Shown here: positions 1 to 7,907 of the stretch, piece after piece
Numbering within the stretch: the stretch's first letter is position 1
Layout of the letters: the number at the start of each line of letters is the position of its first letter
NCBI GenBank assembly: GCA_016292135.1
Contig: JAEFAZ010000010.1
Coordinates: 7,560-71,559 of the forward strand
Direction of reading: 5' to 3'
Source: Saccharofermentans sp.
GTDB lineage: Bacteria > Bacillota > Clostridia > Saccharofermentanales > Saccharofermentanaceae
DNA length: 64,000 bases
The notes under the pieces: generated by a model
Database searches by the model: none
What the model was told of the DNA's origin: nothing
The model's input: the letters and a program-made list of their open reading frames with translations, nothing else
Position numbers and translations under genes: made by a program

Positions 1-481
1 CGGTATGGTAACCGTTCTTCTTGAAATGAGCATCGAGCAGCATAGGCATCATGCCCGTCTGCCAATCGTGGCAATGCAGGACATTCGGCTCGAAATTCAT
101 GAAGTCACCCATGAAGTCGAGTACGGCCCTCTGGAAGAAACAGTACCTCTCGATATCGAAAACATATTCAACATAGATCTGGTCGAAATTGAAATAGTAT
201 TCGTTATCGACAAAGTAGAATGTGGTCCCGTTCATCTCCAGCGAAAAGAGCCCGGCATAAAGGGATCTCCATCCCATATGGACCATCTTCCAGCCCATGA
301 AGTTCAGACTGTCGGCATACTTGATCTTTACCTTGCGGTACAGAGGAAGTATTACCCTGGCGTCCAATCCCTGTTTGTTCAGTTCAACGGGGAGAGCTCC
401 GACTACGTCAGCCAGACCGCCCACCTTGACGAACGGACTGCATTCGGATGTCGCCATTAAGACTTTGATTTTGTTTTCCAT
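1..481 (-). CDS. glgA: Glycogen synthase, 5' part (runs off the window edge; not in the ORF track)
   Basis: Manual minus-strand translation from ATG at 481 gives MENKIKVLMATSECSPFVKVGGLADVVGALP..., with the K-x-G-G-L ADP-glucose motif; lies directly after glgD. Confidence 0.95.
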   Translation of the reverse strand, partial: MENKIKVLMATSECSPFVKVGGLADVVGALPVELNKQGLDARVILPLYRKVKIKYADSLNFMGWKMVHMGWRSLYAGLFSLEMNGTTFYFVDNEYYFNFDQIYVEYVFDIERYCFFQRAVLDFMGDFMNFEPNVLHCHDWQTGMMPMLLDAHFKKNGYHT

Positions 482-483
482 GA

Positions 484-1593
484 TCAGATACCTGCTCCCT
501 TTCCGATTACGATCGGATATTCCGGATGACCGACGAGTCTTACACCCGGTCTCACGAACGCGTTCTTGTCAAGGATGACATTCTCGAGATTGCAGTTCTC
601 GGAGATATGAGCATCCTGCATTACGATGCAATTCTTAAGAGTTGTGTTTTTCGCGACCGTAACGCTCCTGAAGATAACTGAATCTTCAACCTTGCCGTAG
701 ATGCGGCAGCCGTCAGAAATTATACTCGAAGATACGTCTGCATTATCGAAATACAAGGTTGGAGCTTCGTCTTTGACCTTCGTATATATCGGCTGGCCCT
801 CCGAGAAGAGGTCTGCTCTGACAGAATCTTCGAGAAGAGACATCGAGGCATTGAAATATGCCTGTACGCTGTTGATCCTCAAGGCTACTCCCGAATATTC
901 GAAAGCATGGACCTTGAGTTCATCGTACATCTTAACGAATGAGTGGATTCCGAAGTGGGTTATTCCGTGTGCCATCTGCTTTGCGATGATATCGAGGAGA
1001 AGATCCCTTCTTATGCAGAGGATCCCGAGAGAACTCTTGGATGATGCGGGCTTCGGGGGATTATAGAGCATATCCTTGACGAAGCCGTCGTTATCCGTCT
1101 CGATGATATACGAAGGATTGCCGTACTTGGTCCCGTCACGGTTAAACATTACGGAGATATCGGCTCCGGAATCTTCGTGGGACTTTATGAAATCATCGAA
1201 GGTCGTATTGAGCACGACATTACTTGCAGAAACGATAACGTATTTGGTCCTGGACTGTCTCAGGAAGTCCATAACGCCCGTCAGTTCCTCATCGTTGATG
1301 ATCGCGGAAGCTTCCGAATTGACATAAGGCGGCAGGATATGAAGTCCGTCATTCTTTCTGTCGAGAGACCATGCGGCACCGGTGCCGAGGTGGTCCATGA
1401 GGGACTTATACTTGTTGTAAGTAAGAAGTCCTACGTTCTTGATACCGGAATTGACCATGTCCGAGAGCATGAAGTCGATGATCCTGTATCTTCCGCCGAA
1501 AGGCATGGCCGAAAGAGCTCTCGGATTGGAAAGTTCACCTAACGATATCTTTTTGTTATCCGCCAGGATAAGACCCATTGCATTATTAAACAT
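484..1593 (-). CDS. glgD: Glucose-1-phosphate adenylyltransferase subunit GlgD
   Basis: PFGGRYRIIDF motif, degenerate GGxGxRL loop, C-terminal left-handed beta-helix repeats; follows glgC. Confidence 0.92.
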   Translation of the reverse strand: MFNNAMGLILADNKKISLGELSNPRALSAMPFGGRYRIIDFMLSDMVNSGIKNVGLLTYNKYKSLMDHLGTGAAWSLDRKNDGLHILPPYVNSEASAIINDEELTGVMDFLRQSRTKYVIVSASNVVLNTTFDDFIKSHEDSGADISVMFNRDGTKYGNPSYIIETDNDGFVKDMLYNPPKPASSKSSLGILCIRRDLLLDIIAKQMAHGITHFGIHSFVKMYDELKVHAFEYSGVALRINSVQAYFNASMSLLEDSVRADLFSEGQPIYTKVKDEAPTLYFDNADVSSSIISDGCRIYGKVEDSVIFRSVTVAKNTTLKNCIVMQDAHISENCNLENVILDKNAFVRPGVRLVGHPEYPIVIGKGAGI

Positions 1594-1608
1594 AACTTCT
1601 CGTCCTCC

Positions 1609-2868
1609 TTATACTCTGAATGTCGACTCGATGATCGCCTGATCTTCAGGCACCTCGACATCAACATCGACCATGCTGTTTGCAGGGATTACCGCTCCGT
1701 CTTTGATCTTAAGTCCTCTCTCGAAAACACAGATCCCTTCGGAACAGAGTTTCTTGTTGGTATAAGGACCTTCTCCCTCTACGAAAGAACCGGCTTTACA
1801 GTCCTTTCCGATTATGGTTCCGAAATCAACGATACAGCGCTCGATATGTGCGCCTTCCTTGACAACGACACCCGGGAGCAGGACACAGTCCTTAACGACC
1901 GCGCCTCTTTCAACAACTACGGAGTTGGAAAGAACGGAGTGCTCAACGTCACCGTAGATGCGGCAGCCGTCGGTAAGAGCCGAATCCTTGACTCTTGCTC
2001 CCTGTCCTATGAAATGCGAAGGCTTGACAGGGTTCCTCGAGAAGATCTTCCAGGATCTGTCGACCAGGTTGATCTCTTCAGGCTTATCAAGGATATCCAT
2101 ATTGGTCTCCCAGAGGGATGAGATCGTTCCGACATCCTTCCAATAGCCGGAGAATCTGTATGCGCAGAGTTTCTTACCGCCGTTTAAGAGCATCGGCACG
2201 ATGTTCTTTCCGAAGTCATTGTTTGAATCGGGATCAGCTTCATCTGCGATGAGCGCTTCTCTTAAGACATCCCATGTAAAGATGTAGACACCCATGGAAG
2301 CGAGATTGCTCTTGGGTTCGGCAGGCTTTTCGACGAACTCTTCGATGGTATCGTCTTCCTTGGTGTTGAGGATACCGAATCTGGGAGCTTCCTCCCACGG
2401 AACCTCGTATACGGCGATGGTCGCATCAGCTCCCTTCTCGATATGAGCCTTCAGCATTGCCGAATAATCCATCTTGTAGATATGGTCGCCCGAAAGGATA
2501 ACAACATACTTGGGATTGTAATCGTCCAGAAAATCCCTGTTCTGGTAAATGGCATTTGCAGTTCCCTTATACCAGTCAGAACTGCCGTTTCTCTGGAAAG
2601 GCGGCAGGATGTAGGCACCTGCATTGTTACGGTCAAGGTCCCAGGGATGACCGTTTCCGACGTATGTATTAAGCGCGAGCGGCTGATATTGGGAAAGCAC
2701 GCCTACGATCTCGATACCCGAGTTAACACAGTTGCTCAAAGGGAAATCAATGATCCTGTAACGGCTTCCGAAAGGAACCGCCGGTTTTGCGATCTTCTTC
2801 GTGAGAACACCGAGCCTTGAGCCCTGTCCTCCGGCAAGTATCATCGCAACTACATCAGCTTTTGACAT
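1609..2868 (-). CDS. glgC: Glucose-1-phosphate adenylyltransferase GlgC
   Basis: [38 protein letters not shown] motifs. Confidence 0.97.
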   Translation of the reverse strand: MSKADVVAMILAGGQGSRLGVLTKKIAKPAVPFGSRYRIIDFPLSNCVNSGIEIVGVLSQYQPLALNTYVGNGHPWDLDRNNAGAYILPPFQRNGSSDWYKGTANAIYQNRDFLDDYNPKYVVILSGDHIYKMDYSAMLKAHIEKGADATIAVYEVPWEEAPRFGILNTKEDDTIEEFVEKPAEPKSNLASMGVYIFTWDVLREALIADEADPDSNNDFGKNIVPMLLNGGKKLCAYRFSGYWKDVGTISSLWETNMDILDKPEEINLVDRSWKIFSRNPVKPSHFIGQGARVKDSALTDGCRIYGDVEHSVLSNSVVVERGAVVKDCVLLPGVVVKEGAHIERCIVDFGTIIGKDCKAGSFVEGEGPYTNKKLCSEGICVFERGLKIKDGAVIPANSMVDVDVEVPEDQAIIESTFRV

Positions 2869-2886
2869 ACTAATTACCTCCGCTGT

Positions 2887-4905
2887 TTAATTATTCTTTG
2901 TGTCGTTTTTCTTAGCCGTCTTCTTTGCCGCAGTCTTCTTTGCGGGAGCCTTTTTGGCAGCAGGCTTCTTTGCTGCCTTCTTGGCAGGAGCCTTCTTCAC
3001 AGTCTTCTTAGGCTCTGTCTCATTAACCTTCATGAAATAGATACCAGCTAAAGGCGGCAGATTTACCGTAATGTGGTAAGGTTTGCCGTTGTAAGGCTCA
3101 TCAGCAGCAACAACACAGCCCTTGGCATCTGTTCCGGTAGGATAACCTGAACCGCCGTGGACCATATCGTCAGTATTCATGACGATCCTGTATGTACCTG
3201 CTTCATATACGGGTATCTTATATTCTTCGAGAGGCTGGGGAACCATGTTAAGGGCAACATAGATATCGTTCTCATCCGGCTTGGGTGATTTTCGGGCATA
3301 GATGAAAACGTTGTTCTTTGTGTCCGTGGCATCGATCCACTCGAAGCCCTCCCAGATCTTGTAATCGTTGATCCAGAGCTGGGGATGCTGCTTATAGAAC
3401 TTGTTGAGCTCGGAACAGAAATTCTGCAGGAGCCTGTGTGATTCGTAATCCAGGAGGAACCATTCAAGCTCCTCATAGTAACGCCACTCGATGAACTGGC
3501 CGAACTCGGACCCCATGAAATTGAGCTTGGCACCGGGATGGCTCATCTGATAGAGATAGAGCGTACGCAGTGACGCGAACTTTCTCCAGATGTCTCCCGG
3601 CATCTTGTCGATCATGGAATATTTACCGTGTACGACTTCATCGTGCGAAAGGCTCAGGATATAATTCTCATATTCCGCATACATCATGGAGAAACAGAAC
3701 TGGTCGTGATGCCATCCCCTGGCATATGAATCGGTCGAGAAATAATCCAGAGTATCGTGCATCCAGCCCATGTTCCATTTGTGGGTAAAGCCGAGACCGC
3801 CGTCTTCTACCGGACGGGAAACCTTGGGCCATGCCGTGGATTCCTCCGCGATCATCATTACTCTCGGGTATTCCCTTCTTACTATCGAATTGAGCCTCTT
3901 GAAGAATTCTATAGCTTCAAGATTCTCGTTTCCGCCGAACTTATTCGGTATGTACTGGGTACGTCCGTAGTCCCTGTAGAGCATGCTGGAAACGGCATCA
4001 ACGCGGAGACCGTCTATATGATATTCCTCCAGCCAGAATATGGCATTCGAGATGAGGAATGAGATGACTTCGTTCTTGGAATAATCGAAAACATAAGTCC
4101 CCCACTCCCTGTGCTCTCCGATCCTGGGATCCGAGTATTCATAACATGGCGTGCCGTCAAATCTTACGAGGCCTTCAAGGTTCTTCGGGAAGTGCGCGGG
4201 GACCCAGTCCAGGAGCACTCCGATACCATTCTGGTGAAGGATATCGACCATGAACTTGAAGTCCGCGGGGGTTCCGAACCTGCTCGTAACGGCATAGTAG
4301 CCTGTGACCTGATAACCCCAGGATGCGTCGAGAGGGTGCTCCAATACAGGCATCAGCTCGACATGAGTATAGTTCATCTTATTGCAGTAATCTGCAAGAT
4401 CCAGCGCAAGTTCCCTGTAGGACATGAAATTCCCGTCGGGATGTTTTCTCCAGCTGCCGAGATGCAGTTCATAAATATTTATAGGCTTGGGTTCCAAAGC
4501 ATCCGTAGTATGCTCAATATAGTAATCGTCGCCCCAGATATAATCGTTGGGATCGTAGAGGATACTGGCATTGTTGGGCCTTGTCTCAAAATGTCTTGCG
4601 AAGGGATCGCCCTTCTCATATATCCTGTTGTCGGCACCGATGACCCTGTATTTATAACGGTCCCACTGTTCGGCTCCGTAAACTATCTTCTCCCAGATGC
4701 CGGTATTGCCCAGCATGAACATCTGATCAGCTCCGGCATCCCACTCGTTGAAATCACCGATAACGCTCACGGACTTGGCTTTGGGTGCCCAGACACGGAA
4801 TATAAAGCCTCTCTTTCCCTCTTCATTCTCAAAAGGATGAGAGCCGAGAAAATTATAAGCCATGTAATTCTCGCCCTTGTTAAACAGATAAGCTTGATCC
4901 ATCAC
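2887..4905 (-). CDS. glgB: 1,4-alpha-glucan branching enzyme (GH13) with Lys/Ala-rich C-terminal tail
   Basis: YELHLGSW, SWGYQ, RVDAVSSM (nucleophile), AEES (acid/base), SHDEVVHGK. Confidence 0.97.
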   Translation of the reverse strand: MMDQAYLFNKGENYMAYNFLGSHPFENEEGKRGFIFRVWAPKAKSVSVIGDFNEWDAGADQMFMLGNTGIWEKIVYGAEQWDRYKYRVIGADNRIYEKGDPFARHFETRPNNASILYDPNDYIWGDDYYIEHTTDALEPKPINIYELHLGSWRKHPDGNFMSYRELALDLADYCNKMNYTHVELMPVLEHPLDASWGYQVTGYYAVTSRFGTPADFKFMVDILHQNGIGVLLDWVPAHFPKNLEGLVRFDGTPCYEYSDPRIGEHREWGTYVFDYSKNEVISFLISNAIFWLEEYHIDGLRVDAVSSMLYRDYGRTQYIPNKFGGNENLEAIEFFKRLNSIVRREYPRVMMIAEESTAWPKVSRPVEDGGLGFTHKWNMGWMHDTLDYFSTDSYARGWHHDQFCFSMMYAEYENYILSLSHDEVVHGKYSMIDKMPGDIWRKFASLRTLYLYQMSHPGAKLNFMGSEFGQFIEWRYYEELEWFLLDYESHRLLQNFCSELNKFYKQHPQLWINDYKIWEGFEWIDATDTKNNVFIYARKSPKPDENDIYVALNMVPQPLEEYKIPVYEAGTYRIVMNTDDMVHGGSGYPTGTDAKGCVVAADEPYNGKPYHITVNLPPLAGIYFMKVNETEPKKTVKKAPAKKAAKKPAAKKAPAKKTAAKKTAKKNDTKNN

Positions 4906-5100
4906 GAATCTCCTTTACCACAGAGCTGTCTTTAAAGACGCAAAAGCCGTGAGGATATACCCCCACACGGTTATTATATAATAATTTAAAGGATTTACCA
5001 ACCGAAAATACAAAAACTGACATTATTCCCTAAAAGTTTTTGTGCAACTTTCACATCAAATGCAGTATTTTTCGAAGAGAATGATCCTCTTCATTTCCGA

Positions 5101-5131
5101 AAAAAATCCCGCAGGAATGATCCTGCGGGAT
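5101..5131 (-). terminator. Intrinsic terminator of the oxidoreductase operon
   Basis: Perfect 11-bp stem ATCCCGCAGGA-atga-TCCTGCGGGAT followed by T6 on the minus strand. Confidence 0.85.
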
Positions 5132-5158
5132 ATTAAGCTTATCAGCTTTAAACTAAGA

Positions 5159-5698
5159 TCACTCGGCAAACTCGGCGCCCTTATCCCAGGCTGCGAGGTT
5201 GTTGGGGATCATGTGATGACGTCTCTCGGGAAGGATCTCGTAAAGGGACTTCTCGAAGGATTCGCGCTTGATGCATCCTGTGGAAGCAGCCATGCAGCCG
5301 ATCATGGAGATAGGTGCATAAGTCATGTTGCCCAGCTCGGATGCGATCTCGGAAGCGTTCATCGCGACGAACTTGATATCATCACGTGTAGGCTGGATCT
5401 TGATCAAGGAAGAGTCGATGATCAGAAGTCCGCCGGGTTTGAGCTGCTTTTCGAACTTCTCCATGGAAGGCTGATTGAGGCAGATAACAACATCTGCATC
5501 GTTTACAACGGGAGATCCGATAGGCTCATCGGAGATGACAACGGAACAGTTAGCCGTACCGCCGCGCATCTCGGGACCGTATGACGGGAACCAGGATACC
5601 TCCTTACCTTCATAGAGAGCAGCCTCTGCTGCCATCTTACCTGCAGACAGGATACCCTGTCCTCCGAAGCCGGCAAGGATTACAGAAAAATCTATCAT
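5159..5698 (-). CDS. 2-oxoacid:ferredoxin oxidoreductase gamma subunit
   Basis: GFGGQG and PSYGPEMRGGTANC motifs. Confidence 0.93.
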   Translation of the reverse strand: MIDFSVILAGFGGQGILSAGKMAAEAALYEGKEVSWFPSYGPEMRGGTANCSVVISDEPIGSPVVNDADVVICLNQPSMEKFEKQLKPGGLLIIDSSLIKIQPTRDDIKFVAMNASEIASELGNMTYAPISMIGCMAASTGCIKRESFEKSLYEILPERRHHMIPNNLAAWDKGAEFAE

Positions 5699-6501
5699 GC
5701 CCTTACCTCCTTCTCGCCTGCGTGAACTTCACCTGCAATGAGATTGCCGGAAGCATCGAACTTAAGATCTTCACCCTTGAAGCATCCCAAAGGATACTGG
5801 GGGATCATCTTCTCCTTGAGCCAGTCAAGAGCTGCAACAGGTTCCTTACCCCAGTTGGTAGGACATGTTGACAGGAACTCGACGAAGGAGAATCCCAGGT
5901 TGTTCTTCTGAACGTTGAATGCCTTCTGAACGGCACGCTTTGCGTTCATGATGTTCTTGTAGTCAGTCAGGCAAACACGCTCAACATATACGGCGCCTGT
6001 AAGATTGGCGATAAGCTCACTTACATTGATGGGATAGCCCTGGTAAGAAGCATCACGTCCGAAAGGTGATGTTGTCGTAACCTGGCCAAGCAATGTTGTA
6101 GGAGCCATCTGTCCGGAAGTCATACCGTAAACCGCATTGTTTACGAAGAAGACCGTGATCTTCTCCCCTCTTGCTGCCGCGTGAATGATCTCGGCAGTAC
6201 CGATAGATGCAAGGTCACCGTCTCCCTGATATGTGAAGACTGTCTGATCCTTGAGATTACGCTTGATACCCGTTGCAACTGCGGGTGCTCTTCCGTGTGC
6301 CGCCTGAACAGCGTCACAGTTGAAATACTCGTAAGAATTGTAGGTACAACCTACGGATGCAACTTCTACAGCGGAATTCAAAAGATCCATCTCGACCATC
6401 GACTCGGCGATGATCCTGTGGATGATGCCGTGGCAGCATCCGGGACAATAATGGAAGGGCTTATCTGTCAGACCTTCTGTCGGTTTGAATACTACAGCCA
6501 T
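5695..6501 (-). CDS. 2-oxoacid:ferredoxin oxidoreductase beta subunit (TPP-binding)
   Basis: YCPGCCHG, HGRAPAVATG, GDGD...N TPP motif, CPTNW. Confidence 0.93.
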   Translation of the reverse strand: MAVVFKPTEGLTDKPFHYCPGCCHGIIHRIIAESMVEMDLLNSAVEVASVGCTYNSYEYFNCDAVQAAHGRAPAVATGIKRNLKDQTVFTYQGDGDLASIGTAEIIHAAARGEKITVFFVNNAVYGMTSGQMAPTTLLGQVTTTSPFGRDASYQGYPINVSELIANLTGAVYVERVCLTDYKNIMNAKRAVQKAFNVQKNNLGFSFVEFLSTCPTNWGKEPVAALDWLKEKMIPQYPLGCFKGEDLKFDASGNLIAGEVHAGEKEVRA

Positions 6502-7607
6502 CAGACGATACCTCCTTCCACTGTTTCTCCGTTGTGGATCCTGACGATCTTGTCGAGGATCTCTTTCTGTGTAGGCAGATTACCGCCCATTCTTCCGTGG
6601 AAGTAAACGGGCTTTGTGCCGTTAACGGCAAGACGTACGTCTTCGATCATCTGGCCTGCGTTAAGTTCTACATCGAGGAATGCCTTTACGGAAGGCATTG
6701 CTGCTACTTCAGCGATAGCCTTCTTAGGGAAAGGCCAGAGAGTGATAGGTCTGATCATGCCGACCTTGATGCCCATCTCTGCAGCCTGTCTGATGACGTT
6801 GCGGGAAATTCTCGAACATGTGGAGAATGCCGTGATGATGACCTCGGCATCTTCGATGTTGATGGCTTCCCATCTCTGCTCATTCTCTTCGATGACCTTG
6901 TATTTCTCCTGAAGCTCACGGTTCTTGTATTCCAGGGTATCGGGATCGATATAGATGGATGTAACCGTGTTATGAGGACGGACGGAACCGTCTTCGGTCT
7001 TGCATCTTCCGCATGCAGCCCAGGGCTTCTTGACGTCAGCGATAGGCTCCTCATCACGGAAAGCAACAGGCTCCATCATCTGACCCAATGTACCGTCACC
7101 CATGATCATAACAAGGTTTCTGTACTTATCGGCAAGATTGAAAGCCTCTACTGTCAGTTCGTAAAGTTCCTGAACAGACGCGGGCGCGATGACGATATTG
7201 CGGTAGTCACCGTGGCCGCCGCCCTTTGTTGCCTGGAAATAATCGCCCTGTGCAGGGAGAATACCGCCAAGACCCGGGCCGCCTCTTACGATATTAACTA
7301 CAACAGCCGGAAGCTCAGCACCTGCTATATAGGAGATACCTTCCTGCTTCAGAGAGATTCCCGGTGATGACGAAGATGTCATAACACGGAAGCCTGCAGC
7401 TGCGCATCCGTAAACCATATTGATGGCCGCGACTTCACTCTCGGCCTGTACGAAGTTACCGCCTATCTGGACCATCTTCTTGGCCATGTAGTGCATAACT
7501 TCTGTCTGCGGCGTGATAGGATAACCGAAATAATTCCTGCATCCGGCTCTTATAGCCGCTTCGGCAATAACCTCATTGCCCTTCATCAAAACTCTTTTCT
7601 GTGCCAT
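6501..7607 (-). CDS. vorB: 2-oxoacid:ferredoxin oxidoreductase alpha subunit (VorB-like; probably acts on branched-chain 2-oxoacids)
   Basis: GYPITPQTE, QAESE, SSSPGISL, RGGPGLG motifs; delta-alpha-beta-gamma gene order. Substrate is inferred. Confidence 0.85.
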   Translation of the reverse strand: MAQKRVLMKGNEVIAEAAIRAGCRNYFGYPITPQTEVMHYMAKKMVQIGGNFVQAESEVAAINMVYGCAAAGFRVMTSSSSPGISLKQEGISYIAGAELPAVVVNIVRGGPGLGGILPAQGDYFQATKGGGHGDYRNIVIAPASVQELYELTVEAFNLADKYRNLVMIMGDGTLGQMMEPVAFRDEEPIADVKKPWAACGRCKTEDGSVRPHNTVTSIYIDPDTLEYKNRELQEKYKVIEENEQRWEAINIEDAEVIITAFSTCSRISRNVIRQAAEMGIKVGMIRPITLWPFPKKAIAEVAAMPSVKAFLDVELNAGQMIEDVRLAVNGTKPVYFHGRMGGNLPTQKEILDKIVRIHNGETVEGGIV

Positions 7608-7619
7608 TTTGTCCCTCCG

Positions 7620-7835
7620 TCAGTCTCTCTCAACAGTAATGACCGAATCAGGGCACTGTACCGCACAGAAAGCACATCCGACACACTTGTCCGGATCGAT
7701 GTTCGTTGCGGGATGATATCCCTTGCTGTTCAGCCTCGACTTGTCGAGTTCGAGAATCTTCTGAGGGCAGGCTGCGACGCAGAGTCCGCAACCCTTACAC
7801 AGGTCTTCGTTAAAACTAACTTTACCTTTAGCCAC
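7620..7835 (-). CDS. 2x[4Fe-4S] ferredoxin-type delta subunit
   Basis: CKGCGLCVAACP and CVGCAFCAVQCP; GTG start with GGAGG RBS. Confidence 0.93.
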   Translation of the reverse strand: MAKGKVSFNEDLCKGCGLCVAACPQKILELDKSRLNSKGYHPATNIDPDKCVGCAFCAVQCPDSVITVERD

Positions 7836-7872
7836 AAAAAACCTCCATTTGCCTGTTTTTGTATTTAACCAA

Positions 7873-7894
7873 GGAAAGGGCCGAAGCCCTTTCC
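7873..7894 (-). terminator. Stable hairpin (terminator or stabiliser) between the kinase-like gene and the oxidoreductase operon
   Basis: GGAAAGGGC-TTCG-GCCCTTTCC, a 9-bp stem with a C(UUCG)G tetraloop; weak U-tract. Confidence 0.6.
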
Positions 7895-7907
7895 CATTGA
7901 TTATGGA

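Noticed and set aside
5-460. 151-aa + strand ORF
   Set aside because: Antisense shadow of glgA, which has clear motifs on the minus strand
4111-4935. 274-aa + strand ORF and many similar long antisense ORFs in the track
   Set aside because: They lie opposite well-supported genes and have no motifs or RBS; expected from codon bias
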